Part shown: positions 11,596-23,061 of the stretch, piece by piece
Numbering within the stretch: position 1 is the first letter of the stretch
Layout: every line of letters starts with the position of its first letter
DNA from: a cyanobacterium endosymbiont of Rhopalodia gibba
GTDB taxonomy: Bacteria; Cyanobacteriota; Cyanobacteriia; Cyanobacteriales; Microcystaceae
Assembly (NCBI GenBank): GCA_045159875.1
Contig: CP067995.1
Coordinates: 2,016,001-2,080,000, forward strand
DNA: 64,000 nucleotides
Reading direction: 5' to 3'
Position numbers and translations under genes: made by a program
The notes under the pieces: model-generated
Database searches by the model: none
Told to the model about the DNA's origin: nothing
The model's input: the letters and a program-made list of their open reading frames with translations, nothing else

Positions 11596-11636
11596 AGTCT
11601 ATAATAATTCAATTTAGCATTGAATTATTATAGACT
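11596..11636. repeat. Perfect inverted repeat
   Basis: AGTCTATAATAATTCAAT-TTAGC-ATTGAATTATTATAGACT, 18-bp arms. Confidence 0.85.
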
Positions 11637-12178
11637 CAGAAAAAACATAAAAATTATGAATAAAAATAATTTATTTTTTAACTTATCTCTTGATAAAACT
11701 AAAAAATACAGGAATTGAGCAAAATTTTACCATTTCATTAAAATTTTTAAAATACTCATTAACTCAATGCTCATCTACTAATATTCAGCTATTTTATCTT
11801 CATTTTTAAAATTTAATCTGACAATTTTTTTATTAGTTAGTAATTTAACAAATTCATAGATATATGACGAGTTATAGATCTATAATACCATAGTAATTAT
11901 TCTTTTTAATTTGATTTTAGACTATTTTTATATTTTTTTAAAATTATTATTTCTTCAATATAAATAAAGTATATGTTTCTATTTTTGGATATTTTTTTAT
12001 TTTTAGACATAAATTTACGACGAATATTTTTTTAAACTATTATTAATTCCTGTATTCTTATTTTATTTTTTAATTTAAAGAGTTTTTGCCAGAAATACAT
12101 AATTTATTTGAATTTAAAAACAATTATGTATTTTTAAATTTTTTATTTTTCATCTATCGTCTTAATGTATAGGCTATT

Positions 12179-12216
12179 AACTCATTAAATACAAATATAT
12201 TTTTATTTAATGAGTT
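12179..12216. repeat. Inverted repeat
   Basis: AACTCATTAAATA-N12-TATTTAATGAGTT. Confidence 0.65.
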
Positions 12217-12608
12217 GTTTATTCAGGTTCTTAAATCCTAATCAATAGCTATTAAATGTTTCCTTATAAGCTAATAAATGTAGATATTACAGTGGATATG
12301 TCTGTTGTCAATAATCTTGAAGAAGAATGATGACAACTCTCTACGTCAATAAATTGTATATTATTACATTCTACCGTCATGCTTATGAGCGTAATCATGA
12401 TAAGCACAACATAAAGCGTAAGTCCCTATATATTTGTAGATTCTACAATTTTAGAAAAACATGTTAAGATAACTAGTGAACTTTTTTTTAAATTCGACTT
12501 TAGTATTCAGTTAAAATCAATAAGTTATTCTCAAGTTCTAACTTTGATTTAGCCATCTAGCAGAAACCGCTAATATTGGTTTATAGACTAAAGTATTATT
12601 AACAAGAT

Positions 12609-14096
12609 ATGACTACTGTAACTCCCCTTCAAACCGAATACGAAGCCGTTATTGGGTTAGAAACCCATTGTCAACTTAACACTAGTAGTAAAATTTTCTG
12701 CGCCTGTTCAACTAAGTTTGACAGTCCCCCCAACATTAATATTTGTCCAGTTTGTTTGGGCTATCCGGGGGTTTTACCTGTCCTCAACAAAGAAGTTGTA
12801 ACCTCTGCGTGTAGGTTAGGGCTAGCAATCGATGGAAAAATAGCTCTGTATAGTAAATTTGATCGTAAACAATATTTCTACGCTGATCTTCCCAAGAATT
12901 ACCAAATTTCTCAATACGATCTCCCTATCGTTGAACACGGTTTTCTTGAAATTGAATTAGTGAACAAAAAAAACAATGAAGTTACCCGTAAAATCATTGG
13001 GATCACTCGTTTGCACATGGAAGAAGATGCTGGAAAATTAGTCCATGCAGGAAGTGATCGCCTATCAGGCTCAACTCACTCTCTAGTAGACTTTAACCGG
13101 ACAGGCGTTCCTTTACTCGAAATTGTTTCAGAACCTGACTTGCGCTCAGGACGAGAGGCGGCAGAATACGCCCAGGAGTTACGTCGTTTAGTCCGTTATC
13201 TAGGCATTAGTGATGGTAATATGCAAGAAGGTTCCTTGCGCTGTGATGTTAATATTTCTGTCCGCCCTGTCGGACAAAAAGAGTTTGGAACCAAGATAGA
13301 AATCAAAAATATGAACTCTTTTAATGCAATCCAAAAAGCTATTGAATACGAAATTGAACGGCAAATTGAAACCTTAGAAAATGGTAAATTTTTATTCCAA
13401 GAAACTCGTCTTTGGGAAGAAAAAAATCAGTGTACTGTTAGCATGAGAAAAAAGGAAGGAGCTAGTGACTATCGTTACTTTCCCGAACCTGATATTCCTC
13501 CTTTAGAGATATCTCCTGAACAATTAGAAAATTGGCGTAAAACTATTCCCGAACTTCCTGCTAAAAAACGGAAACGTTATGAGAAAGAATTAGGAATTTC
13601 TGCTTATGATACCCGTGTTTTAACCGATGATCCAAATGTAGCAAATTTTTATGAAAAAGCTGTAGAGACTGGGGCTGATGCTAAGTTAGTGGCTAATTGG
13701 GTAACCCAAGATATTGCCGCCTATTTAAATAATAGTAAGTTAGACATAACGGAAATCTCCTTGAACCCAGTCAATTTAGGACATTTAGTCCTACTCATTG
13801 AGAAGGGAACCATTAGTGGTAAAATTGCTAAGGAAATGCTTCCAGAACTATTAGAAAAAGGTGGATCACCAGAAAAATTAGTTGAAGCTAAAGGGATGAC
13901 TAAAATTTCTGATATAAAAGAAATTGAAAAAATCATTGATGAAATCTTACTTATTAACCCTAACGAACTTGAAAAATTCCGCAATGGAAAAACTAAGTTA
14001 AAAGGTTTTTTTGTCGGTCAAGTGATGAAGAAGACAGGTGGACGAGCCGATCCTAAATTGACAAATCAGTTAGTGGAGAAAAAATTGAAAGGCTAG
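12609..14096 (+). CDS. gatB: Asp-tRNA(Asn)/Glu-tRNA(Gln) amidotransferase subunit B
   Basis: YEAVIGLETHCQL, FDRKQYFY, HMEEDAGK, GSLRCDVNIS and DYRYFPEPD motifs. Confidence 0.98.
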   Translation: MTTVTPLQTEYEAVIGLETHCQLNTSSKIFCACSTKFDSPPNINICPVCLGYPGVLPVLNKEVVTSACRLGLAIDGKIALYSKFDRKQYFYADLPKNYQISQYDLPIVEHGFLEIELVNKKNNEVTRKIIGITRLHMEEDAGKLVHAGSDRLSGSTHSLVDFNRTGVPLLEIVSEPDLRSGREAAEYAQELRRLVRYLGISDGNMQEGSLRCDVNISVRPVGQKEFGTKIEIKNMNSFNAIQKAIEYEIERQIETLENGKFLFQETRLWEEKNQCTVSMRKKEGASDYRYFPEPDIPPLEISPEQLENWRKTIPELPAKKRKRYEKELGISAYDTRVLTDDPNVANFYEKAVETGADAKLVANWVTQDIAAYLNNSKLDITEISLNPVNLGHLVLLIEKGTISGKIAKEMLPELLEKGGSPEKLVEAKGMTKISDIKEIEKIIDEILLINPNELEKFRNGKTKLKGFFVGQVMKKTGGRADPKLTNQLVEKKLKG

Positions 14097-14329
14097 GTAT
14101 TTAAATCTTTCTCGTTTAAAAGATGGGAGGATTATAAAATCACCTTCTTTATGAATTTTATCTATGTCTAGTTCAAATACATAATAGTTTAGTTGTTAGC
14201 CAGACACGTATCTACGCGAATGATAAACTCATCAGGGTTTACTTTTCTGCTCACCGCTAAATGTTGTTACCAAAACAAGCACTTAAACTTTGATTGGGAG
14301 AATACCGAAGATAGCTTATATAGTACAGT

Positions 14330-14462
14330 TAAAGTTCTTGGTCTGTTTTTTTATCTCTCTCAAGAATTTATACGGAAGGCTTTTGATTCAGATGAACTGT
14401 CTCAGATTGACAGGTGAACCCGGTTGGTGTAGCTAGCATAGCTACACCGACGGCTCTCTTTC
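14330..14462 (+). ncRNA. Candidate small RNA or micro-ORF transcript ending in a GC-rich terminator
   Basis: Undecayed segment ending in the hairpin GTTGGTGTAGCTA-GCA-TAGCTACACCGAC (14423-14451) followed by CTCTCTTT, about 330 bp past the gatB stop; 5' end is a guess. Confidence 0.3.
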
Positions 14463-14465
14463 GTT

Positions 14466-14941
14466 AATAAATACAAGTTAATCCGGAAAATAGCTAGACT
14501 ATATTAATCTATCTGAGACAAGAGAAAAGATTAGCATTTTAAGTTAGTCCACTATCTGTGTGATAGGGTTAGGATGATATTAGTAAGAGATGTAAACTTT
14601 GTCGCTTGGCAAAAAGGTGTGTTGTTAAACATAGTGCTGAATAATGATCTTGGGCGTATTTTTCAAAATCTTATGATAAGTCTGCCTCCTTCTCTATTTG
14701 TCTTGCTAAGGTAAATCAAGACGGAGCTTCCCAATTTTGTCCCAACTGTAGTTTACATGTATTGAGAGAAAACTCTGTATGTTAGAGTTCACTACTGTAA
14801 CGAGTGTGAATACTTCACGTTACTGGAGCTATCAGCCAGTCAAGATTTTAAAAATAGAGAAATATCTGCACTAGGGCATAGTGTGCCTAAAGGTGTCTGT
14901 TCACTCAAAGCCCTCAGCTCTGCTAGCAAGAGATATGTCAA
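14466..14941 (+). mobile_element. tnpB: IS200/IS605-family TnpB (RNA-guided endonuclease) pseudogene, C-terminal half plus degenerate right end
   Basis: Translates as NKYKLIRKIARLY*SI*DKRKD*HFKLVHYLCDRVRMILVRDVNFVAWQKG, then LAKVNQDGASQFCPNC, then VRVHYCNECEY...SASQDFKNRE (RuvC-II region and CxxC...CxxC zinc ribbon); ends AAAGCCCTCAGC...GAGATATGTCAA, resembling IS605 right ends. Confidence 0.85.
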
Positions 14942-14983
14942 AATAAAATTTAAGTTCTAACCTGCTATTTTAAGTGTAGTTCT

Positions 14984-17900
14984 ATGAATAATTCCAATTC
15001 CTTTCTTAACCATCTTCGAAGTCCCAAACATCCTGTTATTGTCTTTGACGGTGCAACAGGAACTTCACTACAGACTCAAAATTTAACTGCCGAGGACTTT
15101 GGAGGACCTGAATACGAAGGATGCAACGAATACCTAGTCCAAACCAAACCAGAAGTAGTTAAGAAAGTACATAGAGAGTTTTTGGAAGTTGGTGCAGATG
15201 TTATTGAAACTAATTCCTTTGGAGGGACATCCATTGTTCTTGCTGAATATAATTTAGCAGACAAAGCCTATTATCTAAATAAAAAAGCCGCTGAACTAGC
15301 AAAAAATATTGCAGCTGAATATTCCACTTTTGAAAAACCCCGTTTTGTAGCAGGTTCAATCGGACCAGGAACCAAACTACCCACTTTAGGACATGTTGAG
15401 TTTGATATTCTCAAAAACTCATACATCGAACAAGTAGAAGGATTATATGATGGTGGGGCAGATTTATTAGTCATTGAAACTTGCCAAGATGTATTACAAA
15501 TTAAAGCAGCTTTAAACGCTGTCGAAGAGGTTTTCCGCCAAAAATGTGACCGTTTACCAATTATGGTTTCAATCACAATGGAAATAATGGGGACGATGTT
15601 AATAGGGACAGAAATAAGCGCCGCATTAGCTATTCTAGAACCCTATAAAATTGATATTTTGGGACTCAATTGTGCTACAGGACCAGAACAGATGAAAGAA
15701 CATATTAGATACTTATCTGAACATTCCCCCTTTATAATTTCTTGTATTCCCAATGCTGGGTTACCCGAAAACATTGGTGGACAAGCACATTATCGCTTAA
15801 CTCCAATGGAATTAAAAATGGCGTTAATGCACTTTATTGAAGATTTAGGGGTACAAATTATCGGAGGATGTTGTGGAACTCGTCCCGAGCATATCAAAGC
15901 GTTAGTAGAACTTTCCCATAGTTTAAGACCTAAAGAACGCCACTTCCATTATGAGGCTTCTGCTGCTTCAATTTATAGTGCACAACCTTATACTCAAGAT
16001 AATTCATTCCTAATTATAGGAGAAAGATTAAACGCTAGTGGCTCTAAAAAATGTCGTACTTTACTTAATAAAGAAGACTGGGACAGCCTCGTATCTCTAG
16101 CAAAATCTCAAGTAAAAGAAGGCTCACATATACTTGATGTTAACGTAGATTATGTCGGAAGGAATGGGGTACAAGATATGCGCACATTAGTCTCCTGTCT
16201 TATTAAGAATATAACCTTACCTTTAATGCTTGATTCGACAGAATGGCAAAAAATGGAAGCAGGACTAAAGGTAGCAGGAGGTAAATGTATCCTCAATTCT
16301 ACTAACTATGAGGATGGGGATATACGCTTTATAAAAGTATTGGAATTAGCAAAGAATTATGGTGCAGGAGTTGTGATAGGAACTATTGATGAAGACGGAA
16401 TGGGGCGAACCAAAGATAAAAAATTTGAGATTGCAGAACGAGCTTATAATGCAGCAATAGAGTATGGAATACCTGCCCGTGAACTTTTTTTTGATACGTT
16501 AGCATTACCTATTTCTACAGGTATAGAAGAAGATAGAAAAAACGGAAAAGCAACTATTGAATCGATCAAGCTTATTCGAGAAAAATTGCCAGGGTGTCAT
16601 ATTTTACTGGGAATTTCTAATATTTCTTTTGGCTTAAATCCAGCAGCACGACAAGTATTAAACTCTATATTTTTATATGAAACAATACAAGCAGGATTAG
16701 ATGGGGCTATTGTTAGCGCAAATAAAATATTACCTTTAACTAAAATTAAGCCAGAACATCAAAAAGTATGTCGGGATTTAATTTACGATCTACGAGAATT
16801 TGATAAAGATATCTGTACCTATGATCCTCTAACGAAATTGACGGAACTATTTTCAGGCAAGACTACGAAAAAAGATCCCACAATAATAGCCAATATCTCT
16901 ATAGAAGAACGACTTAAACAGCATATTATTGATGGAGAAAGATTAGGTTTGGAAGAAGCATTAAAACAAGCATTAAAACAATATCATCCCCTCGATATTA
17001 TCAACATATTTCTTCTTAATGGAATGAAAGTAGTAGGTGAGTTATTTGGTTCAGGACAAATGCAGTTGCCCTTTGTGTTACAGTCTGCCCAAACCATGAA
17101 AACTGCGGTGGCTTACCTAGAACCTTTCATGGATAAAGAAGAAAGTGGTAATGATAATGGAAAAGGTAAGTTTATTATTGCAACTGTTAAAGGAGATGTT
17201 CATGATATTGGTAAAAACTTGGTTGACATTATTCTTTCCAATAATGGCTACAAAGTGATTAATCTAGGGATTAAACAACCGGTTGAAAATATTATTCAAG
17301 CTTACGAAGAGCATAAACCTGATTGTATTGCAATGAGTGGTCTACTGGTCAAATCAACAGCATTTATGAAAGATAATTTAGAAGTCTTCAATGAGCGTGG
17401 AATTAATGTTCCTGTAATTTTAGGAGGAGCTGCTTTAACTCCAAAATTTGTATACGAAGACTGTCAAAATACTTATCGAGGTAAAGTTATTTATGGAAAA
17501 GATGCTTTCTCTGATTTAGCATTTATGGATACATTAATGCCAGCAAAATCAGTTGGAAGGTGGGATAACTCACAAGGATTTTTGGGAGAATTTCAAGACA
17601 AAAATAGCCTTTTTCAAAAAGAAAGAGGGAGAAAAACAGCAGAAAAATTTACTGAGAAAGATGGTAAATCTACTTCTATGAAAACTGCACAAGTTATTGA
17701 TACAAAGCGATCAGAAGCTGTAGAAATAATAGACCCTATTTCCCCTCCTTTCTGGGGAACTAAAATTTTAAATCCAGAAGACTTAAATCTAAGTGAAATA
17801 TTTTGGTATTTAGATTTACAAGCATTAATTGCAGGTCAGTGGCAATTTCGTAAGCCTAAAGAACAATCACGGGAAGAATACCATCAATTTTTAATCAAAA

Positions 17901-18568
17901 AAGTTAATCCGATTTTAGAAGACTGGAAACAGAAAATTATCACAGAAAATTTATTGCATCCTACAGTGACGTATGGTTATTTTCCCTGTCAGTCTGAAGG
18001 AAATCAATTGTTAGTTTATGATCCCGAAATTATCCAAAACTTAGATGGTAAAATCCCTGAAAATATAGAGCCTATTTGGATAATTAAATTTCCTCGCCAA
18101 AAATCCGGTCGTCGCTTGTGTCTTGCAGACTTCTTCACTTCTAAAGAATTGGGATTAACTGATGTATTCCCAATGCAAGCAGTTACTGTTGGGCAAATTG
18201 CAACAGAATACGCACAGAAACTCTTCGCCGATAATGATTATACAAATTATCTTTATTTTCATGGTATGGCTGTTCAAACTACCGAAGGATTAGCTGAATG
18301 GATACACGCTAAAATTCGTCGAGAATTAGGCTTTGGAAAGAAAGAGCCTGATAATATTCGAGAAATATTACAACAGCACTATCAAGGTTCTCGTTATAGC
18401 TTTGGGTATCCGGCTTGTCCCAATATTCAAGATCAATATAAACAATTAGAGGTATTAGGATGCAATCGCATTAACATGTACATGGATGAGAGTGAACAAA
18501 TTTATCCTGAACAGTCTACAACAGCAATTATTACCTATCATCCTGTTGCGAAATATTTCAGTGCATAA
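14984..18568 (+). CDS. metH: Cobalamin-dependent methionine synthase
   Basis: DGATGT, GLNC, GGCCGT, IIGERLN and DVHDIGKN B12-binding motif, [10 protein letters not shown]. Confidence 0.98.
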   Translation: MNNSNSFLNHLRSPKHPVIVFDGATGTSLQTQNLTAEDFGGPEYEGCNEYLVQTKPEVVKKVHREFLEVGADVIETNSFGGTSIVLAEYNLADKAYYLNKKAAELAKNIAAEYSTFEKPRFVAGSIGPGTKLPTLGHVEFDILKNSYIEQVEGLYDGGADLLVIETCQDVLQIKAALNAVEEVFRQKCDRLPIMVSITMEIMGTMLIGTEISAALAILEPYKIDILGLNCATGPEQMKEHIRYLSEHSPFIISCIPNAGLPENIGGQAHYRLTPMELKMALMHFIEDLGVQIIGGCCGTRPEHIKALVELSHSLRPKERHFHYEASAASIYSAQPYTQDNSFLIIGERLNASGSKKCRTLLNKEDWDSLVSLAKSQVKEGSHILDVNVDYVGRNGVQDMRTLVSCLIKNITLPLMLDSTEWQKMEAGLKVAGGKCILNSTNYEDGDIRFIKVLELAKNYGAGVVIGTIDEDGMGRTKDKKFEIAERAYNAAIEYGIPARELFFDTLALPISTGIEEDRKNGKATIESIKLIREKLPGCHILLGISNISFGLNPAARQVLNSIFLYETIQAGLDGAIVSANKILPLTKIKPEHQKVCRDLIYDLREFDKDICTYDPLTKLTELFSGKTTKKDPTIIANISIEERLKQHIIDGERLGLEEALKQALKQYHPLDIINIFLLNGMKVVGELFGSGQMQLPFVLQSAQTMKTAVAYLEPFMDKEESGNDNGKGKFIIATVKGDVHDIGKNLVDIILSNNGYKVINLGIKQPVENIIQAYEEHKPDCIAMSGLLVKSTAFMKDNLEVFNERGINVPVILGGAALTPKFVYEDCQNTYRGKVIYGKDAFSDLAFMDTLMPAKSVGRWDNSQGFLGEFQDKNSLFQKERGRKTAEKFTEKDGKSTSMKTAQVIDTKRSEAVEIIDPISPPFWGTKILNPEDLNLSEIFWYLDLQALIAGQWQFRKPKEQSREEYHQFLIKKVNPILEDWKQKIITENLLHPTVTYGYFPCQSEGNQLLVYDPEIIQNLDGKIPENIEPIWIIKFPRQKSGRRLCLADFFTSKELGLTDVFPMQAVTVGQIATEYAQKLFADNDYTNYLYFHGMAVQTTEGLAEWIHAKIRRELGFGKKEPDNIREILQQHYQGSRYSFGYPACPNIQDQYKQLEVLGCNRINMYMDESEQIYPEQSTTAIITYHPVAKYFSA

Positions 18569-18583
18569 GTTAACTATTTGCCT

Positions 18584-18995
18584 ATGATCTATCCAAACTC
18601 GCATTCTAATACAGAAAGTCCAAAGATTTTTGAGCACATCGCCTCAGTTTACGATAGATATAAACAACGTTTTAAGTTTAGGACAACATCGTATCTGGAA
18701 GCTAATAGCTATTAAATGGAATCAACCCCAATTAGGGGGTAAAGGATTATATGTCTGCTGTAGAAGTTGCAATTTAGCCTGATTATTAGCTCATCAAGTG
18801 GGAAAAACAGGAGAAGTGGCGCGATTAGATTGTTCCCGGAAACAACTGGCGATCACCTGTCAATAATCTATTTGTAAATCATCTTTACTATCAATTGAGT
18901 GGACTGAAGAAAATGCCCTCAATTTACCGTTTGAGGCTCAGAAATTCAACTGTGTCTATGAGCTATGGATTATGAAACGTAACCGATATCCCACG
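18584..18995 (+). pseudogene. menG: Demethylphylloquinol methyltransferase (MenG/UbiE family) pseudogene
   Basis: Frameshifted fragments IFEHIASVYD, NNVLSLGQHRIWKLIAIKWNQPQLGGKGLYVCCRSCNLA*LLAHQVGKTGEV and IEWTEENALNLPFE; SAM motif I (DLCCGSGD) corrupted; 3' part lost. Confidence 0.85.
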
Positions 18996-19784
18996 AAATA
19001 GGATTTACCCATGCAGTCCATTATTATATAGTCATAGGAATAATGAGGGTATTAGTTGCAATAAAGTAAAATGATATATAGAAGAAAAGAGAAAAATTTT
19101 TAATATTTGCTTTCTATTTCCTCCTTGAGTTTTTTTAAAACTATGTCATCTCGTTCAATGTTTAAACAATTAATTTTCACTAAATAAAGTAAACTATTGT
19201 TCAATAATATCTTGTAGGTTTAAAACTAAAATACCCTTAGTTAAGTTCTATCTCAAAAGTGTTAATTTTTGAAAAAATTGTCAAGATAAATCAGTATAAA
19301 AACTTTTTTTATAAAAACCCTTTTAATTAATCCAACTTTATCTAAAAAAATCTTAGAAAGAGAACTATGGTTAATTGTTTAGATATTTAAAAAATTTTTT
19401 ATAAGAGGTGATTGCTATAAACGTGAACTAATAGCAACTAAAATTACATCAGCCAACCGATTTTAATTTGAAATACTTAATTTACTTATTGCTTGTGCAC
19501 TCATTAAATTTACGATAATTTGGACTCAATAAAATATACATGAGTAACTAAGGCGACTTAAAAGAGTAGTTGAAGAAATTTACCGATTAAAATACACTTG
19601 AGTTTAAAAATTTTATATTAAAAAATCTTATATTGGGGTCAATGACTGTTACTCTCTATCTTACTTCTGAACAATAGAAAATAAAGACAACAACCAACTA
19701 CTGTAACAAACTTAAATCTAAAAACTTACTTGGAATTCTAGGAATTTTCTAAAATTTTTAAGTGGAGTAAAATTACTACCAAGT

Positions 19785-19817
19785 AGACAATTGAATAAAA
19801 AGATTATTCAATTGTCT
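19785..19817. repeat. Perfect inverted repeat
   Basis: AGACAATTGAATAA-AAAGA-TTATTCAATTGTCT. Confidence 0.75.
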
Positions 19818-20155
19818 TAAATAAATCATTTTTAAGTACTTTTCTAGTATTTTATTAGCTTCTATCCGATGAAATTACTATTCCATTAGATTTAGTTTTG
19901 GACCATATGCTTCTACCTATATATCTAAAATTTTTCTATTTTTTGTTTTTAATATTTAAGACGTGGAGTAATTTATATTCTTATCCTTTTTTAATTTCCA
20001 GCTCCTTTTAAGGATTTTCAAGATTTTTTTGGAAGTTTATTTTGCTTTTACCCCTTTTGTGAAATATTAAATTTCAAAAAAAAATGGAAAATATGTCCTT
20101 AATCAATTAAAATAATTAGTAAGAATAGTCCCTAAGCAACCTATCTTGACAGACC

Positions 20156-21376
20156 ATGCGAACTCTGGAAACCTCCCAGCTTCTAACATCCTCTGCTCCT
20201 AAATTTGACACTGCCATTCATCGTCGCAAAACCTGTTCCGTCCCAGTTGGAGATATCATCATTGGGGGAGGTTATCCTGTGGTGGTGCAATCAATGATTA
20301 ATGAGGACACCTTAAATATTGAGGGGTCAGTCGCCGCTATTCAGCGTTTACATGAAATTGGCTGTGAAATTGTCCGAGTCACTGTTCCTAGTATGGCCCA
20401 CGCCAAAGCCTTAGCAGACATTAATAAGGAACTCACTCAAGTCTATCAACGGGTTCCCCTAGTCGCCGACGTACATCACAATGGCATGAGAATTGCTTTA
20501 GAAGTCGCTAGGCACGTGGATAAAGTTCGTATTAACCCCGGATTATATGTCTTCGAGAAACCTAATCCCACCCGTGGTGAATACACACAAGCTGAATTTG
20601 ATGAAATTGGCGAAAAAATTGCTGAAACATTGAAGCCCTTGGTTATTTTGTTAAAAAAACAGGGTAAAGCTATGCGAGTTGGAGTCAATCATGGTTCCTT
20701 AGCTGAAAGAATGTTGTTTACTTATGGGGATACTCCCGAAGGAATGGTAGAATCTGCCCTAGAATTTATCCGTATTTGTGAATCTCTAGATTTTGATAGA
20801 ATAGTCGTCTCACTTAAATCATCCCGTGTTCCTGTGATGTTAGCCGCCTATCGCTTAATGGTTAAACGAATGGATGACCTAGGAATGGACTATCCCCTAC
20901 ATTTAGGAGTCACAGAAGCGGGAGATGGTGAATATGGAAGAATTAAATCTACTGCCGGAATTGGAACTCTCTTAGCCGAAGGAATTGGGGATACTATTCG
21001 CGTTTCTTTAACTGAAGCCTCCGAGAAAGAAATTCCTGTTTGTTATAATATTCTTCAGTCTTTGGGAATACGTAAGACCATGGTAGAGTACGTCGCTTGT
21101 CCTTCGTGTGGCCGGACTCTGTTTAATTTAGAAAAAGTCCTCCACGAAGTACGAGAAGCTACCAAGCATTTGACAGGGTTAGACATAGCGGTGATGGGTT
21201 GTATTGTCAATGGTCCAGGAGAAATGGCCGATGCAGACTATGGTTATGTTGGAAAACAAGCCGGATACATTTCTTTATACAGGGGGCGCGAAGAGATCAA
21301 GAAAGTTTCTGAAGACCAAGGCGTTCAAGAACTAATTGAGTTGATAAAAATTGATGGACGTTGGGTCGACCCTTAG
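20156..21376 (+). CDS. ispG: (E)-4-hydroxy-3-methylbut-2-enyl-diphosphate synthase
   Basis: [32 protein letters not shown] and [10 protein letters not shown] motifs. Confidence 0.98.
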   Translation: MRTLETSQLLTSSAPKFDTAIHRRKTCSVPVGDIIIGGGYPVVVQSMINEDTLNIEGSVAAIQRLHEIGCEIVRVTVPSMAHAKALADINKELTQVYQRVPLVADVHHNGMRIALEVARHVDKVRINPGLYVFEKPNPTRGEYTQAEFDEIGEKIAETLKPLVILLKKQGKAMRVGVNHGSLAERMLFTYGDTPEGMVESALEFIRICESLDFDRIVVSLKSSRVPVMLAAYRLMVKRMDDLGMDYPLHLGVTEAGDGEYGRIKSTAGIGTLLAEGIGDTIRVSLTEASEKEIPVCYNILQSLGIRKTMVEYVACPSCGRTLFNLEKVLHEVREATKHLTGLDIAVMGCIVNGPGEMADADYGYVGKQAGYISLYRGREEIKKVSEDQGVQELIELIKIDGRWVDP

Positions 21377-21399
21377 TTAAAACATGAGAACTTAATCAG

Positions 21400-21579
21400 G
21401 AATAAGAAATTATCGCCAGAAAAAACTGGACACAGGACTTATGAGGTTAGTTTGTAGGGCAGCTGTTGAGACCCCAAGTAAGTCTCAGATAGCAGGGCAT
21501 CTGAGGCAAACCTGAATCGTAAGATTTAAAAGTCGCGCTAAGTTCCTTAACGCTGTCAGAGGTGGGAGTAGGAAGTCAA
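21400..21579 (+). mobile_element. Possible IS200/IS605 right-end / omega-RNA remnant
   Basis: GC-richer non-coding tract ending ...AGGTGGGAGTAGGAAGTCAA, similar in layout to TnpB 3' ends; no clear protein motif. Confidence 0.25.
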
Positions 21580-21772
21580 TACGTCGAATTGCACTACTGA
21601 ATTGGGACTTGAGTCAATCTCTCCATTTAAGAGTTTTAGTTTAGGATGATAATAAAATTGCAATCTATCAAAGTTTTTACCTTGTAATTTTCATGGAAGA
21701 AATGTTATTATACTGTTCCGTGTTAAAAGTTAGCATTGTTAGACATTAAGCAATCTGTTGTAGGAAACGACC

Positions 21773-22066
21773 GTGGCCAACTCGAAGTCTGCACTTAAGC
21801 GTATTGATATTTCCGAACGCAATCGACTACGCAACAAAGCGTACCGCTCGGCACTAAGAACTTTAATGAAAAAACATTTTAAAGCTGTAGAGGAATACAC
21901 AGCAAACCCAACCGCTGATAATAAAACAGTTGCTGATGAGTCTTTATCAGCAGCCTACAGCAAAATAGACAAAGCCGTCAAACGGAGAGTTTTACATAAA
22001 AATAATGGGGCCAGGAAAAAAGCTCGTTTAGCCAAAGCTCTGAAGGAAGTTGCTACAGTTTCTTAA
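21773..22066 (+). CDS. rpsT: 30S ribosomal protein S20
   Basis: [10 protein letters not shown]...[24 protein letters not shown]. Confidence 0.98.
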   Translation: MANSKSALKRIDISERNRLRNKAYRSALRTLMKKHFKAVEEYTANPTADNKTVADESLSAAYSKIDKAVKRRVLHKNNGARKKARLAKALKEVATVS

Positions 22067-22234
22067 TATAAATTGGTTTTTGAGTTAAATAAGACATACA
22101 GAGAATGGGACAAGAAAGTTAGGACAAATTGGAGCCTGTACTTCCTTGATAAACCGAAAATAACCGCAAATAGGTCAGTATTAATTTCTCTAGTCTAGGA
22201 GACTTAGCTGAGCAGTCGGCTTACGATTAACCAG

Positions 22235-23023
22235 ATGCAACTTATTGATACCCATGTCCACATTAACTTCGACGTTTTTGAGCAGGACCTCGATTTACTC
22301 CAAACCCGTTGGCAGGAGGCCGGAGTGGTTCACCTGGTTCATTCGTGTGTTGAACCTAAGGAGTTTAAGGGAATACAAGCTCTAGCCAATCGTTTTCAAA
22401 ATCAACTGTCCTTTTGTGTGGGATTACATCCACTAGATGCTCACAAATGGACAGTAACAACCTATGAAGAAATTTTTGAAGCAGCCCAGTCAGATCCGCG
22501 GGTGGTAGCCATTGGAGAAATGGGGTTAGACTTTTATAAAGCAGATAATCAAGACTGGCAAAAGCAGGTATTAGAAGCTCAACTGGCTATTGCTTACAAA
22601 CTCGATAAACCAGTTGTTATCCATTGTCGGAATGCCGCGGCTAACCTCCGAGAAATATTGAAATCATTTTGTACTCATCAAGGCCCAGTACGAGGGGTAA
22701 TTCATTGTTGGAATGGAACTCTCGAGGAAACCCAATGGTTTTTAGAGCTAGGATTTTATCTTAGTTTCAGTGGCATTGTTACCTTTAAGAAATCTGCTCA
22801 ACTTAAGGAAATTGCGTTGGCTGTACCAAGTGATCGTCTTCTCATCGAAACTGACTGTCCCTTCCTTGCCCCTGTCCCCAAACGGGGTAAACGTAATGAA
22901 CCATCCTACGTTCGTTATGTTGCGGAATTTCTAGCCCGATGGCGGGGGGTGTCCTTAGAAAGTCTGGCTCAAAAAACTACCCAAAATGCCTGCCAATTAT
23001 TCCAATTATCGATAGCTCACTAA
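22235..23023 (+). CDS. tatD: TatD family DNase
   Basis: [21 protein letters not shown] and [12 protein letters not shown] motifs. Confidence 0.93.
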   Translation: MQLIDTHVHINFDVFEQDLDLLQTRWQEAGVVHLVHSCVEPKEFKGIQALANRFQNQLSFCVGLHPLDAHKWTVTTYEEIFEAAQSDPRVVAIGEMGLDFYKADNQDWQKQVLEAQLAIAYKLDKPVVIHCRNAAANLREILKSFCTHQGPVRGVIHCWNGTLEETQWFLELGFYLSFSGIVTFKKSAQLKEIALAVPSDRLLIETDCPFLAPVPKRGKRNEPSYVRYVAEFLARWRGVSLESLAQKTTQNACQLFQLSIAH

Positions 23024-23061
23024 GTTTTGATAATGAACAATTAACTCGGTGATAAAGCGCA

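Noticed and set aside
14100..14983. Cobalamin riboswitch upstream of metH
   Set aside because: No B12-box or GGGAA core found; the region is better explained by a hairpin-terminated segment and the TnpB relic
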